The notes below the pieces were generated by a model that worked only from the letters and a program-made list of their open reading frames with translations, made no database searches and was not told where the DNA came from. Positions 43,686 through 58,977 of a stretch of 64,000 nt of DNA are shown here, piece by piece (the stretch's first letter is position 1; each line of letters opens with the position of its first letter). Location: the NCBI GenBank assembly GCA_963693365.1, contig CAVNZM010000001.1, forward strand, positions 13,688,418 through 13,752,417. Direction: 5' to 3'. Source of the stretch: Amoebidium appalachense (lineage: Eukaryota; Protista; Ichthyosporea). Made by a program: the position numbers and the translations under genes.

Positions 43686-44855
43686 CAACAACGTTATTTT
43701 GGGTCGGTACTATACAAACGTTCGTGTGGGTAGTTGCTCTGCCCTTGACACCACGGCTTATTCCATTGGTAGCACGGGAAAACCAACGTGTAGAACGGCC
43801 ATAAATGTGACTTTCCCCCTTCAAACAGTCGACGGAGGGTGCGGGCTGGTGAAGACCATGTCTTCAGCCACCGGGACCCTGACTTTTACGTTGGCGGGGA
43901 ACTCCTTTCTCGATTTCCAGCAGGTGTGTATTCCTGACATTCTCCTTTCTCGATTTCCAGCAGGTGTGTATTAGTGACATTCTCGATGAATGACATTGTG
44001 GGGTGACTCGTCTACTAACAGCGTTATTTAATCAGTTGGACTGCCACGGTGACTGAGTTGTAGTTGTCCCGTTTTGTTTGTTAACGCTAAGACCATCACT
44101 GAGCAACAAACCCGTTGCTGCCAAGTCACATTTGCACCATCCCAAAAGTTGGCTTTCGGAATCATAATGTAAGGCATCCATCCCCCCCCCCCCCCCTCCC
44201 TTCCCCCCCCCCCCCCCCCCCAAAAAAAAATATATATTAAAATAAAAAATTATTACAGTAAGGGGGAAAAAAACCGTGTGCATGCGAGACATATGCACAC
44301 ACCGCCTCATATTATTATGCTGATCCTGGACCAACACTGTGACCTTGCAGGTAACGATCGTAAATTCCATCAGCCTGACCACCAACGGCACGTCCTCTCC
44401 CATCTCCACATCCATCTCCATTCCCGTGTGTGCCCCAAATTCCACCGCCCAATTCTGCACACAGACACAATCCGCCATCGGATGTATAAGCGGTACAGAC
44501 ACCGTCACGCTCGATTCTGCAACCGCGATTAACGGCTATACGATGATGAGCGTTAGCGTAAGCAACAACGTTATCCACGAGCGTCACTACACAAATATCC
44601 GCGTTGGAAATTGCAATATATCTGACGCTATCCCGTCCGCTATGAACTTGACTAGCTCCAGTCGGCCCAGGTGCCGCACGACTATCCTCGCGAATTTTCC
44701 GGTGGATATACTGGCGACAAAATGTGGGCTGCAGAGGGTGGTTTCCACGGTCAAGGGGGTCCTGCAGTATGACTTTACGGGCACTGTCCAACTGGACTAT
44801 AACCAGGTGAGTGAACAGTACACTGCAACACTGGCTGTTTTGTTTGTTTTTTTTT

Positions 44856-44887
<32 letters not shown>

Positions 44888-47541
44888 GGGTCATCGTTTT
44901 TTGTTTTTTTTTTGTTTGTTTGTTTGTTTTTCTTTCTTTCTTTCTTTCTTTATTTTTATTTTTTTCTTTTTTCTTTTTTTTCTTCTCCCATTTCCTTCTT
45001 TCCCGGCTATGTTGTTTTTGCATGCGAAGGTCACGGTAAGAGAGCCGTAAAAGCCATCAGGCAAAGACTAAGCCAATGGAGGAATCTGAAAGGTCGCTAA
45101 AGGCTTTGCACGGCCATATACAAAGCTTAGCTTTACACACCTTTAATTTCTTAAGAATCTTTAAAGAGGCCACCCCATAACTGATTAGGTGGCCTGCATA
45201 GATACGGCAACCAGTGCTAAAAATATCTTCCAATCACAGCTCGCCATCGTGAACAACATTGCCGTCACCCAGACATCAAGCACGCCGCCCCTGCCCCTGT
45301 CCTTCTCCGTCCCAGTTTGCAGCCCTGGCTCCACCGACCGTTTTTGCGTCCAAACAGACACTGCGTGGGATTGCGGGACGGCTACAGATTCCCCGATCAT
45401 CCAATCAAGTTTGCTCATTAATAGCAGCAACCAATTGCATATCGCGCTTCAAAACAACGTGATTCTTGGTCGGTATTACAACAACATACGCCTTGGCGCC
45501 TGCACAGTCGCAAACACGACGAATTTTAATGTCAGCAGCCAGGCCCGGTCCACGTGCAAGACCAATTTTAACGCCGGCTTTCTATTGGGCAGCTCGTGGC
45601 CGATGTGTGGGCTGGCGGTGACATCGTTGGGATACGTCAATGGAACCCAAGTGCTAAACTACAACGGGAGTGTTATCCTTGATTATGAACAGGTAACTCC
45701 CCCCCTCCCCTCCCTCCCCCCCTACCCCAGCCCCCTCCAAAAATAAAAAATAGAAATAAAAATAGAAGTGATTAAAAGCATGAATGACTGTTATCTGTTA
45801 CCCAACAACCTTGCTTTGTCAATGAAGTTCACAGCAAGAAACCTGAGACGAAAGGAACACAAGACCGAAACTATTATTAAGCCTAGCTAAACTCGACACC
45901 GTGCTCACCAGACTCCGAAAACTTCAAATTAGTACCGTGGCCTCGCGTTTCATTTATGTACATGTATACACCGTGCAGGCCACCCAGCAACTTGTATACA
46001 CAAACATATACACACATGCACTAACACCTACACACACACACACTCACAGCTCACCATGGTCAACGGCTCCGCCGGCAGCGTATTTTCGTCAACCCCCGCC
46101 ATGCCCCTGACCTTCACCGCCCCTGTCTGCTCCCTAAACACTCCACCAGCCGGCACCCGCTTCTGTTCCCAAATCCAACACGCACTCGACTGCGGCAACG
46201 CCACCGACAACACAACAATCATCTCCATTAGCAACTCCACCCTCACAAACACGACAAGTATTGTTTTCAACTCCAACGTCGTTTCGGGGAGGTTTTACCA
46301 CACCATCCGTCTCGGAAATTGCAGTTTTTCGAGTTCGTTTTTCAGTGTTTTCAGCCAGGGACAGCCCGCCTGCCGCACGACGTTCACTCTGACTCTCCCC
46401 TTTACCCTTGCTACTTTGGGTGCAACTTGCTGCCTGGGCCAGTCTCTGTCTTCACTCAACGGTCGGCTGGCTTACGACTACGCAGGGAACACATCTCTGG
46501 GATACGAAGAGGTGGGTCGGTGCTCCTGCCCGTCTCTTCCCCCCCCCCCCCCCCCCCCCCATCCCCCCCTAGCCCCACCCCCACCCCTCTGCCCTAAACA
46601 CACCCATCCGTCACCAAACTCTCTATATGATAAGGACGTTGGTAATCATGATCAGTGCACATCAGTATTCGTTTCTAACTTGTCTATTAATTCTCCCCCC
46701 ACAGCTCACAGTCGTCAGCAACCAACTTCGCAGTGTCAACGCATCCACCGTCTCCCCTCTCCCATTCACCTTCACCGCCGCCGCACCCACCGACCCGACC
46801 GTCACTTCCATCCTCACATCCCAAGCCAGCAACCAAAACACCACCACCGTCGCCGTAACCATTTTAGTCCCATACCCTTTCTCCATCGTTTCGTGTTCAC
46901 CCACCGTAATTATCACGAATAGCTCGCTCGCGCCAAATGCCGCTTTTATCAACGGCTTGTCCCAAGCTTGCGGAACGGGTGCTGGGGCTCCGGGTTTTCA
47001 GAACGGATTTTGCATTCATACGGCGAATGTTACCATCACGCACGGGCAGGCGTGTAGCCTGAATTCGGTGCTTTCGCTGGCGAATTTGACGCTTTCGTGC
47101 GGCTCGAACCTCGCGCAGTCCGTGTGCAACGCAGCAAAAGTGCGAATTTTCATTTCCCCGACGCTGAATATTCGCACAAACGGGGTCCTGAAATCATGCG
47201 CCCCCCCACCTCCTCCTCAGGGTGGCACGGCCCAGGGAATCTACGCTGCAAGCATAGATATGCCAAAAAAGGCTTATGTGTACGGCAAAACTGTGGACTT
47301 TTGCATCAACATAGAAGGAGAAAAACCAGTTATGGGTGCGTCCCTTGCGAGTCTTAACATTAATTCAAATCAGGGGGGTTTCAACTTTGCACCTACGGCG
47401 ATTGTCGAAAATTTCGACGTGGACAATCAGCGGCTGTGCGTTTCGCACCCGCTGAACTCCCAATTTGCGGGGTCCATGCCGGTGCGAGGAGTGGGGTCCA
47501 ATATGAAAATTGGTGTCCGTGTAAATGTTTGGTACAACTAG
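43686..47541 (+). pseudogene. Remaining exons of the host Cys-repeat secreted protein gene (43686-43923, 44351-44806, 45240-45692, 46050-46511, 46705-47541)
   Basis: Four paralogous ~150-aa modules (FCxQ..C..NNVIxGRYYxNIRxGxC..CRT..CGL..LDYxQ), each bounded by GT/AG phase-0 introns. Confidence 0.8.
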
Positions 47542-49772
47542 TTATACATACAGTAGCTAAACCCATCATCCGTAAATTGTAAATATCTAAATTTGTGTAT
47601 GTATAAAGTTTCGGAAATTAACGGTGGACTAACTCGACTCGGAGTTCAAATTATACACTTCAAAGTTTGTACATATTCTTTACTACTAGGCATGAATGTA
47701 GCTGCTATTTTATTCGCTGTCATTAATTTAAGAGACAGCCAACAAAATTCGTCCCTAATCATTTGGTGGCTCATAGCATATCATTAATTGTGTTTAGCAG
47801 GAATCACATGATGAGTTGCCAGGTGGTGTGAGATATGAACACAATATATAGTTCAAAGTTTGATAGATAAGGAGACTTTTAAAGGCTATAGCTTTGTAAA
47901 GTACACTAATATTGTAAGTATATCATCACAAATTAAGATACCCCTATTCTCTGGTTACTTCGGCCTTATGACGTAAGTCCCGAGGGTTGTTGTACGGCCT
48001 TCGTATCGGTAAAATGGGATTCCGATTTCCCGTATTTGTCTCAGAATAAAGCAGAGCTTCAAGTCATAAACGGTGAGCACGGCCTCCACCAAAATCGTAT
48101 CGAGTTTTGGTGTGAATAAAACCTTTGGAATGTGACTTTTTATGTTGCTTTGATCTTATATGTATACAAGTAGGTCTGTGCGCCGCCCGCTGCGCGGGCG
48201 CCAACTGAAGCTGTGGTCTATTGAGCTGGGGGTCTGCCAGCTGGTGTCTAACTCTAGAAACTCTCTCAGGTGGGTCTGGGCGCCTGCTGCGCGAGCGCCG
48301 GTGGAAGGCGACAGTACGGATGGTAGAAAAGAAGTTGGGGTCTGCCAGCTGGTGTCTGAATCCTAGACTCTGAAAACTCTCTTTTCTTTTCAAGTTCTCT
48401 TTTTGGCCTGGTTCCGAAACCCGCGCAAGGCGGCTTCCGCCAGCGTTTAATCTATTTGGTGTTTGAAATAAACGGGGTCAAGGGGGGGTCCACAACCGGG
48501 GTCAAGGGGGTTCACAAACATACAGCTACTAGATGCTTTACACTAACTTTTTAAAAAATGTATCCCAGCATATCGTACATGTTTAAACTGTGCCATTAGC
48601 CGGTTCCTACATGTACCGCTTCGATTCGCCAGCAGTGATGACAGCTGCTTTCCGGTAGGAATTATGGAGAGATAATTGGATAAAGATCAGCTACGCAATG
48701 GATCCAAGTAAAGTTTTAAAACACAAGAATGTCACCCACTACGAAGATCACTTTTCCATTATCTTCGAGTGGACCTTGAAAATAAAGAGAACTCAATTCG
48801 ATGTCCACGCATTTACGGAGCTATGGGCGGTTTCAAGGACTTTCGTGATCAGTATAAGTAAAAACAAACCAAGTTCTTCAATATGTTTTCTTTGGGCAAC
48901 ATTGTTGCTAGTTATTTTTGGATTTTGATACATAAAACGAAAACGGCCTAATCCTCCATAACATCAACATCAGCAAGATATTTGAAAAAACGGATCCACT
49001 ATCAAGAATATTTGGTGTCCGGTATTTTCAAGTGACGTTGAAAATAACGAGAACTCAGTTGCATGTTCACACAAATATTAAAAATAATATGTATGAAGTA
49101 AACATTTTGTGGATATTCTTTGACTACTAATATTAATAAAAGAAAAAAATTTCGGAGAAAAATTATAATAATTATATCGCATACGAAATGCGGGTGAATT
49201 TACACTTTGATATGTGACGCGAAACTGGCACAACTTCCCTCTTTAACATCAAGTGCCCATCGGCCCGGGCGCGCATTCTTTGGATATGTTTACAACTTCA
49301 AAGCCAATTCCACCCGCAATCATGTAAAACTATCCTACAGCACTTTTACCATTTATGACAATATGTTATCCTTAAAGGATCCCAAAAATACCTTTTGTTC
49401 ATAGTTCCAGTTATCCCAGGATATCTCAATTGTGGATTCCTGAACATATCCGCAACACGGATGGGATAAAGCACCCCCATGAAAAAGTCCATAGGTATAC
49501 CGCCTACTGTGGATAAAGCCAGGTCGTGCGCTATGTATCGGATGCATATGGAGTCGCTGAACCGTACATATTTGCAATGCCCTGTGCACTACGTTTTTTT
49601 TGTTTTCATTCCCAGTCTTTTACCCATTCCCCCTCTTTTTTATTTATTTTTTTCTTTCTTTAACGCTTCTTTTATCGCTGCAATGGTGTGGTGTAGCCTA
49701 GGTATTCTTTTTCTTTTCTCCTAAGGCTTGCAATGGTGTGAACCGTGTGATGTATAAGGCACCATGTATAAG

Positions 49773-49805
49773 GCGCGACCGGAGGGCGCGGCTGTACAGG
49801 CTAGT
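49773..49805 (+). mobile_element. Possible Helitron 3' terminus
   Basis: Short GC-rich hairpin cgcgacc-ggag-ggcgcg, 10-nt spacer, then CTAG followed by T. Confidence 0.3.
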
Positions 49806-50415
49806 TTTCCTGTGCTTTGATTCGATTTAATTAGCCCTTCAAGAGCTAACCAGTGATGTACCCCCTCTGCACTGGCCCCTCTAACGATTGGTAAACGCTT
49901 TTTGGTAAGAAATGAGGACGCTATAGGACCTCAACCATCGCCGGAATCTGTTTTAAAGTTCTTGCCGATTTTCTCATTAAATGAGCGTTCCATTGTTGGT
50001 TGTAAACTTTATGATTATATCATACCGAAATAAGTGATTCTGGCACCCGTTTGTTTGTGATTCATTCACGAAACTGTCGGATAGTCGCATATTCTGTTCC
50101 ACAATTTAACGCCCCGACACGTACACTTCACGTGCGTGTGTCGCGGGTGCCTTTTGGGACAGTCGTTTTGGTTTTTTTTGCCAATAATTTCCATCTTTTT
50201 TGATTAATTAGGTTTTTGATACATGTGTACAGCAATTATGTTTTAGCATTGATATATTTATGTGTATTTCAAGTTATTATGGTTTTTGCGGGCATTGAAG
50301 TTCGGGCCCCAGCTGGTCAAATTCCGGAATTTGGCTTAAAGGTCGGAGACCTCTTTCAAGTTTGGGTAATTGCTATCTATTAATCTGTTACAGTGCGTCG
50401 TTGCCGTAGGGTCTT

Positions 50416-51135
<720 letters not shown>

Positions 51136-51472
51136 CACCCCTCGTGGCCAGAATCGATCCCCCCCCCCTCCCCCCCCCCATCCACCCCACCCCAAAGTTA
51201 CCCCTTGTTATCCCCTTCCCCCCGCCCTTCTTCCTCCCTCCCCCCCCCTCCCCCCCCCCAAACCCCCCCTGCTCACTCCCCCCCCCCCCTCCCCTCCGCC
51301 AGAGATCCCATTAACAACTGCCCTTCGGGTACTGCGCCCCCTTATTCAAGTTAATGTTTTCTGTTTTTTTATGCACCGAAAAGAAATATTCGGTGTGTTT
51401 TAAGTTGTCGTGAGACTCTGAACGCTGTAGGAAAGCCGGGGTTCCGGGGTTTGAGACGGGCCGGAGGGCTAC

Positions 51473-51508
<36 letters not shown>

Positions 51509-51694
51509 GTCACAGGTTATTGCAGCACCTGAGAATTTGCCCCTTAAAGGTCTTCCGACACTCTTTTTTTTATTGCCTAAAGAGGCCACTCACTCTTATA
51601 AAAAGAGGCTCTCTGCCTTTTCCATGTCTCCTGCTTCGATCCATTTGCGTAAATGCTCTCCCCCCCCCCCCCCCCTCTCTCCCGGCTCCCCCTC

Positions 51695-51731
<37 letters not shown>

Positions 51732-52236
51732 ATACTTGAGTAGAACAACTACTTCCTTTGGTTGCCCAAAAATTATAAAACTAGAAACTCGATAAAAACA
51801 AATAATTGCATATTTCGGCTTGATGTTTTCTTTTTTAGCACACACACACAAAAAAAGCAAAATTCAAGAACTTCAACCGCTGCTGGCTGGGGGGGGGGGG
51901 GGGGGGGGGGGGGGGAAGAAGGGGGGTTTGAGAGTCTGTGTCAGAAATCTTTTAAAAATATATAAGGGGAGAAGCAGAGGTTGGGGGAGGAGGGGAAGGG
52001 GGGGGGGGGGGGGGGGGGGGGTATATCGGGAACAATTTCTTGGTGCGTACCCGTTTTGGCCTTCATGCGGTCTTCTTGGAAGGAATCAAACACAACTGAG
52101 TATAAAAGAGCTCATAGAAATGGAGCTGCCGAGATATAATATCTCTGCTCTAGGTGGTGTCACAAGCGCGCGCTCCTCCGGGGAGGGGAGGGGAGGGGGA
52201 GGGGTGTGTGCGTGTGTGTGAGGGAAGGGGAGGGGA

Positions 52237-52284
<48 letters not shown>

Positions 52285-52773
52285 GGGCTCTTCGTATTTC
52301 AGGCCCTGTATAGATGACAGAGGGACTCTATATAGGTGGGAACTATATTTAGACATCGTTACGATACTGAAGACTAAATATAGCGAAGTCACGAAGGGGT
52401 TTACGCTGTTTACTCCATGATTTTGGCGGGAACCCAGGAAGGGTTCGAACACTACACAATCATAGAGGGGCCCAAACAAAAACACTTTGACCACACAAAA
52501 CGGTTACATCTCCTCAAATATATGGTGTATGTCAAGTAGCACATTCCTCCCCGTACGCACATACACACACACACACACACACACAACAAACACACACACA
52601 CACACACCAAGTGGGACATACCCCCCCGTACGCATACACACACACACACACACGCACACAACACACACACACACACACACACACCAAAGCCTCGTTTGAA
52701 AATGAGGCCTTGATAAACACACGTCACCACACCCTGTCCAGCCGTGCTCCGTAGCTGCTTGTCGTTTCTAAAA

Positions 52774-53726
52774 ATGCCTAGCGATCCTGAACCTGTTATT
52801 CACGATTCTCGTGCCCCGAATCAAGTAATTGAAGCTACAACTAGGAATGACACGGCAGATGATGATTTTACAAGCACAACATCGGCAGATAGGGCATCGG
52901 TCAAGCAAGCCCACAGACTTTCAAGCACTAATTCCCAGGAGCCGGCTAAGAAGCCCAGGCTCCAAGGTGGTTTACCAAAAGAAGTATGGCAGAGTCAGTT
53001 GAAGGAAATCACACACATTCTCATATCTGGAATAGAGAGATTACCGGGAAAACACAGGGAGGCTGCATTAGGTTGCCCCACGTTTCTCGGGAGGTGGCTG
53101 AGATCGGCAGGGCTCGATCCAAAGACGTGCTGGGGCTTGGATGATGTAAGTTTTCAGCGTGTGTGGTGGTTCTTTTGAACGAAACTTTCTTTGCTGTGTT
53201 TTGCGCTTATACTCCTTTTAATCATTTTTCTTTTTTGTAGCGAACGAAGCTTTTTTTGCCGTGTTTTGCGCTTATACACCTTTTGATCGTTTTCTGTTTT
53301 TTTGGTGGCAAGTTTCATTAAGATGCACTTTCTGAACTACTTTATGACCTTATCTTCCGCCCGAATGATCTCTTTTCTCATCCTCTTACTTTCCCAACAC
53401 AGCCCGGTTTCGTTCACCCCTTTAAACCCTGAGTAGCGCAAATTCTCCCTGCCTGCTGGCTTGAGGACGCAAGTGATGTTCCAGTATTTTATTGCCGCTT
53501 TCTCTAAGAATCTCTTAGTCCTCCCCTGTATGGGCTTCTCAATGTTTCCTCGCCTCCTTTTAAAAATCTCTCCGGTCGGCATCTACTACCCCGTTGCTGT
53601 GCGTCCAATTTTTTTTCTCTCTTTCCTCCTTTACCCGTCCCTCCCTCCCCCCACCGAGCCTACCCTCTTTCTCTTTGCGCAACTTCCCCCCCCTTGCTTG
53701 CTCTCTCTCTCTCAATCTTCCTCACT

Positions 53727-53758
<32 letters not shown>

Positions 53759-53812
53759 CCCCCCCCCCCCCCTCCCCTACCCTCCCCTCCACACATTCTC
53801 ACAAAGCACATG

Positions 53813-53859
<47 letters not shown>

Positions 53860-53930
53860 CCTCTCTTCCATCCCCCCCCCCCCCCCCCCCCCCCCCTTTC
53901 TCTCCCTCCGCTTGCTCTCTCCCCCCCGTC

Positions 53931-53961
<31 letters not shown>

Positions 53962-53989
53962 AAAAAAAAAGAACAAGAAAGAAAAGCTT

Positions 53990-54056
<67 letters not shown>

Positions 54057-54845
54057 TGTAAACAACTAGCACATCCTACCTCTTCCCTTCCCTCCTTACC
54101 CTAGGACATAGTATGTATAACTCAAGTCACTACACCTCGTGCACTCTGGAAAACACATCCACTCAGCATCCCCCCCCCCCCCCCCCCCCCTCCCCCCACA
54201 CACACACATACACAAGACACACAAGCTTGCGGGGGGGGGGGGGGGGGGGGAGGGGGGGAATCGGAGGGACGGAGGGGGGGGGGGGGGGGGGAGAGAAAGA
54301 AACAAGGCCAGCACACTAAACGTTGACGTGACACTTTACCATTATGGATGAGAATTTGAAAGCCGTGGGGCACTAGCAAACACCATTTTTTTTATTCATA
54401 GCCCGCACCCCCTCCCCCCCCCCCCCCCCCCCCCCCCCACCCACCCCACCCCACCCCTACCCCCAACCCGCCCCCGTCGCTTCTCGTTTCAAAAGAAACA
54501 ACCTTTTCTTGCCACAAAGTGCTACTAATAATAGATTTCTTCGTCTTCTTGTGTAGTGAACTATTCCGAACCCTCCCTTCTCCTCCCCCCTCCCCCCCCC
54601 CCATCGCAAATTCCCTTTGTGTCTCACACCTCCCCTCCTCTCCTTCGTTATTTAATAAGTGTGCCTTCGGAAATCACACACATCCCTCCCCCCCCCCCCC
54701 CCCCCCCCCTTTCCCCCCCACCCCCCCCCCCCTCTCTTCCGTCTGCCTACTTATACACTTTGCAACCCCCCATATTCCCAATCATTAGCTTCCTTGCTTC
54801 TCCTCTTCATCCATCCCCCCCCCCCCCCCCCCCCCCCCCCACCCC

Positions 54846-54891
<46 letters not shown>

Positions 54892-56454
54892 CCCCACCCG
54901 GTGGCTTCTGCGCTTCAACACCTCCCCCCCCCCCTGCATTTTGCTACTTCTGCACTGTGTTGACCGCTGTGAATGAGCAATCCTGAATGTGTACATTTTA
55001 TCTTGTGACACATTTTAACCTCCCCCCCCCCCCCCCCTTCCCCCCTCCGTCTCTTCTCCCTTTCCTGCCCTCCCTCACTCCCTCCCCCCCTCCCCTCCCC
55101 CCCTTTTTTTCCTTTGTTCCCGCCACAGGACGAGGATCTAGTGCAGTTTCTGTCCAAGAAGGACGTGATTCCAGGGTTCTACCACATCCAGAAGCGATTT
55201 ATGACGTGGGAACCCCGCCCACCAAACGACAGCAGAGCAACAACAACAGGTGCACAGAAGCCGCTGAAAGAAATTGCCGTCGAACGGAGGCGTCGCAACC
55301 CGTTTTTCGTCCAAAGAGAAAGTGACGAGGGGGATACGGGAAGGAAACTGGACAAGTTTAACACAAAGGATCATTTTTGCGCGCGGGACGACGACGGGAG
55401 GGCTGTGTGCGGGTCGGTTCCCGTTTATTACGAGTTTAGCAGGAGACAGACAGGCTGTATACAGCAGTTGTTAAGGTGGGTGTGTCGACATGTAGAGCCC
55501 GCGGGCGCCGCGTACCCCGGCGGGTTGGAAGGAGACGGGGAGACTATCGTGTTGGGAGCGAAAATGGATGATAAAAAGGGGGGTTTCACCCCCGCGCCGT
55601 TCAAGTCCGCGATACAGAGACGTAACGGGGAGGTGCGAGAGAGTCTTGGAAATGTCGTTTTTCCTGTCGCAGAGGATATGGAGTATTTTGGCGGGAAGTG
55701 GACGCAACAGGTTCTGTGGGGCATGCTGAGAACTACGATGGACGCCCTTCCGCGCGGAATTACGGTGGATCATTGGCGGTTTTTGGCCGATCTGGCGCTG
55801 TTCAACCAATCAAAAGGAGCCGATTACGAGGACGGATTGTGCGCGATTGCGGTCCACGGCATGTCCGGGTTTTTGGACTTGGCTACTGAATCGACTTCGT
55901 ATGTGATTGGGTTGGTGTTGTGCGGTGCGGTGAACGAATATGTTCCGAATGAAATAGTTGAGAAGAAAATGAGGAGATTGAACCACGATCGCGGCGATCG
56001 GAATCAGGATCGCGATCGCGATCGGGAAAGCAGCGTTACTAGTGGCAATGACACTCCTTCGAGCAGAGATACTAAGCGACGTATGAGCGACGTTAACATA
56101 AATACGAAACAAAAAAACGGGAATTCCGATGTTGGCGGGGAAAGGGAGAACGGGAGGGATGGTGGGGAGGAGGAGGGGCAGGCGTGTAGTGGCTCCGACG
56201 AAAGTGATGACTATTTTGATTGGTTGAGCAACATGGAATGGCCCGATTGGAATGTTAAGCTCGAGTACGAGAAGTGGCAGCTGGAGAAAGGAAAGATACA
56301 CTCAAAGGTGCGGGGTTCTTTCCTGTATTTCAGGGCCGGGGAGAGGTTAAACGTCAACATTCGGCAAGAGGATATGTTGCTTCTGTTCTCGTTTCCTTTG
56401 CAAAATGTTGACCTTTTCCGGCATGCACGTGCGCGCTGTTTCGACGCACTGTAG
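52774..56454 (+). CDS. Uncharacterised host gene; putative exons 52774-53145 and 55129-56454
   Basis: aaaATG ORF ending at a GTAAG donor in phase 0; cacag acceptor in phase 0 before a ~440-codon complex ORF; no motif recognised. Confidence 0.55.
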
Positions 56455-56601
56455 GCAAATGAATGAACGAATGAGCGTGGGTCGCGACTATAACAGTCCC
56501 GAATGAGATGTTTGGTATTCTCGATATGGTCACCTCTAGATATACTATCAACTTCTGCGGCCCAGCCCAGAATGGTTTGTGTAAAGGTCGAGCTCGAAGA
56601 G

Positions 56602-56638
<37 letters not shown>

Positions 56639-57987
56639 CCTTGTTTCCCCCCCTTTTTCTAATGAATGTGTATGTCACCAGCTCACCTGATGTGAACCTC
56701 GTTTTTTTTAAAAAAACCTTTTTCTTGTGTCTTTTATGTTATTACATACAATTTTGATTGGTTTTCTTTTTGATGCGACGTGGGTTAAACATAGCGGAAA
56801 TGCCCCCCTCTCCCCCCCCTCCCCCCTCCCTCCCCCCTCCCCCCTCCCCCCCCCCCCCCCCCCCCCCCCAGATGCCTTCCCGTACATACACACACACATA
56901 CACACACACTTGCACGCACGAAATTTCATGGCGCAAGCTACTTTTTCAGGCATGTAACAATTTTGAAAGCATATACATCCGAAATGGCAATAAATTTTAA
57001 ACAACTTGGTGCATTACATATCATGTAAATACCTTCTCAAATGGGACTAGAGATAGCTGACAGTAGGTCAACATATGTATTTCAATGATGTCCGACTATA
57101 TTTAAAATATATATGGATCTTATGTGGCGTGTGCTGATCGGTTTTAGGTTAGATCGCTAGATCGCAAGAGATCTCGCATTGGGGATATAGACAGATTGCA
57201 ATAGAGATTTCGAATTCGGGCTATGTGGGGGGGGGGGGGGGGGCGCAGGTGGCCGGGTGTGCGGCTGTGATCAAGATCTCAAGGCATAGTCGCATTCCAA
57301 GCCTGCACTATCATACTTACGAATAGTGGGATAACAGTGGCTCTTGCCACTGGGGACCCACCCGAAACCCCATCATGTTAGGTTAGGGAATCTTACGGTA
57401 AAGATAGGGATAAGGACATACAGATATAATGGGGTGTTTCGGAGCGCATTCAAGCAGTGAGTGAAGCAGTTCACGCTGTAACTGAATCGCTCCTTCCAAC
57501 CTATCCTGCTGGCTTTCTGTGCCACACACATAGGGTTTTACGTAGTGTCGCGGGTAGAGATGTACCTGAGCAAGGAGGCTCATAAGTAGCATCGCACCCC
57601 GCCACGTCACGACAAAATGTACACAAGGCCTTAAGGGGATATGTTTGTACTGATGTGCATGTGGTTATACTGTATCATAGAACATACTTCTGTACCGTGA
57701 GGAATATGTATATGTAATGACGTCGCATGAACAACTCAGAGGTGACCGTCACGAAGCCTGTTATTCAGATGATTGGTAGGATTTCCAGACTATTTGGCAA
57801 TTATAAAACTTAAAAAAGTAGGAATATATGTAACATTTTGAAGTCATATTCGGAAAGTGGATCCGCATGAAATGAATGGAAGTTGATACATACTATCCAC
57901 AAGTCTCATGCTTATGCATGCCGCAGGATACATTCTGCAGCGATGGCGTCCCTTTTCGGCCCCCATATCCCCTCTGAGCGATGGAAG

Positions 57988-58026
<39 letters not shown>

Positions 58027-58796
58027 CCGGGGGGGCCTCCCACCCACCACGGTGACTCTGATTATAGCGCTTGGTGCCACCACATGCATATGCGCCGCCC
58101 CCACAACCACCAATGCAACCGCCTACCGTGTACTGACAACAAAACAAAACAGAACAGAAATCCCTTCTTTTTACAAAACAAGGGTTCAAACCCCCTTCGA
58201 AGGTGGTGGGTGCCCATACAGCGACAGCAATTGTATCAATATATACCGGCCCACCACCCGACCATAGCTACCCGGTCCGGTACGGCGGTACCGGGCAGGT
58301 CAACCACCCACCAATCACCACGGGGAAAAAAAGAAGGAAAAGAAACAAACAAAGAAAGAAAGAAAAGATGATGGTGATGCATATGGTGGTGGTGGTGGCA
58401 TGGGTGCGCGGCTGGGTGGCCGCCAGGGAGCAGGAGGTCCTCGGGAGGACTCCGATATGGCCTAGGAGGATTCTGGGGCCCGGGGGGAGGGAGGGGGGGC
58501 TGGAGGGGGAGAGAGAGTGTGTGGGGGGGGGGGGAGGGGTTGAGGGGCAGAGGAGGCCGGGGGGGGGGGGGGGGGGGGGGGGGGGTCATGACCTCGGGGG
58601 TTGGCGGGAGGTTTGAGCTAAAACTTACTCCACATAAACATGCAAAATGCACAACGATGAAAATTTTGCTGCGACATGCACAGCCTCGGTGGGCCCGGGG
58701 ATAATATCGATCGAGTACTAAGTGTCGAACTACACTGAAAACTAAGTGCAGGCCTAGCTAGAGGCTCGAGCCTATGACTCTACACCTCTCTGAGAC

Positions 58797-58977
<181 letters not shown>

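Noticed and set aside
48228-48520. Short direct repeats (ggggtctgccagctggtgtct x2; cggggtcaaggggg x2)
   Set aside because: Only two copies each with no associated element structure
57310-57380. U1 snRNA (ATACTTAC)
   Set aside because: The match stops after 8 nt; no U1 stem-loops or Sm site evident
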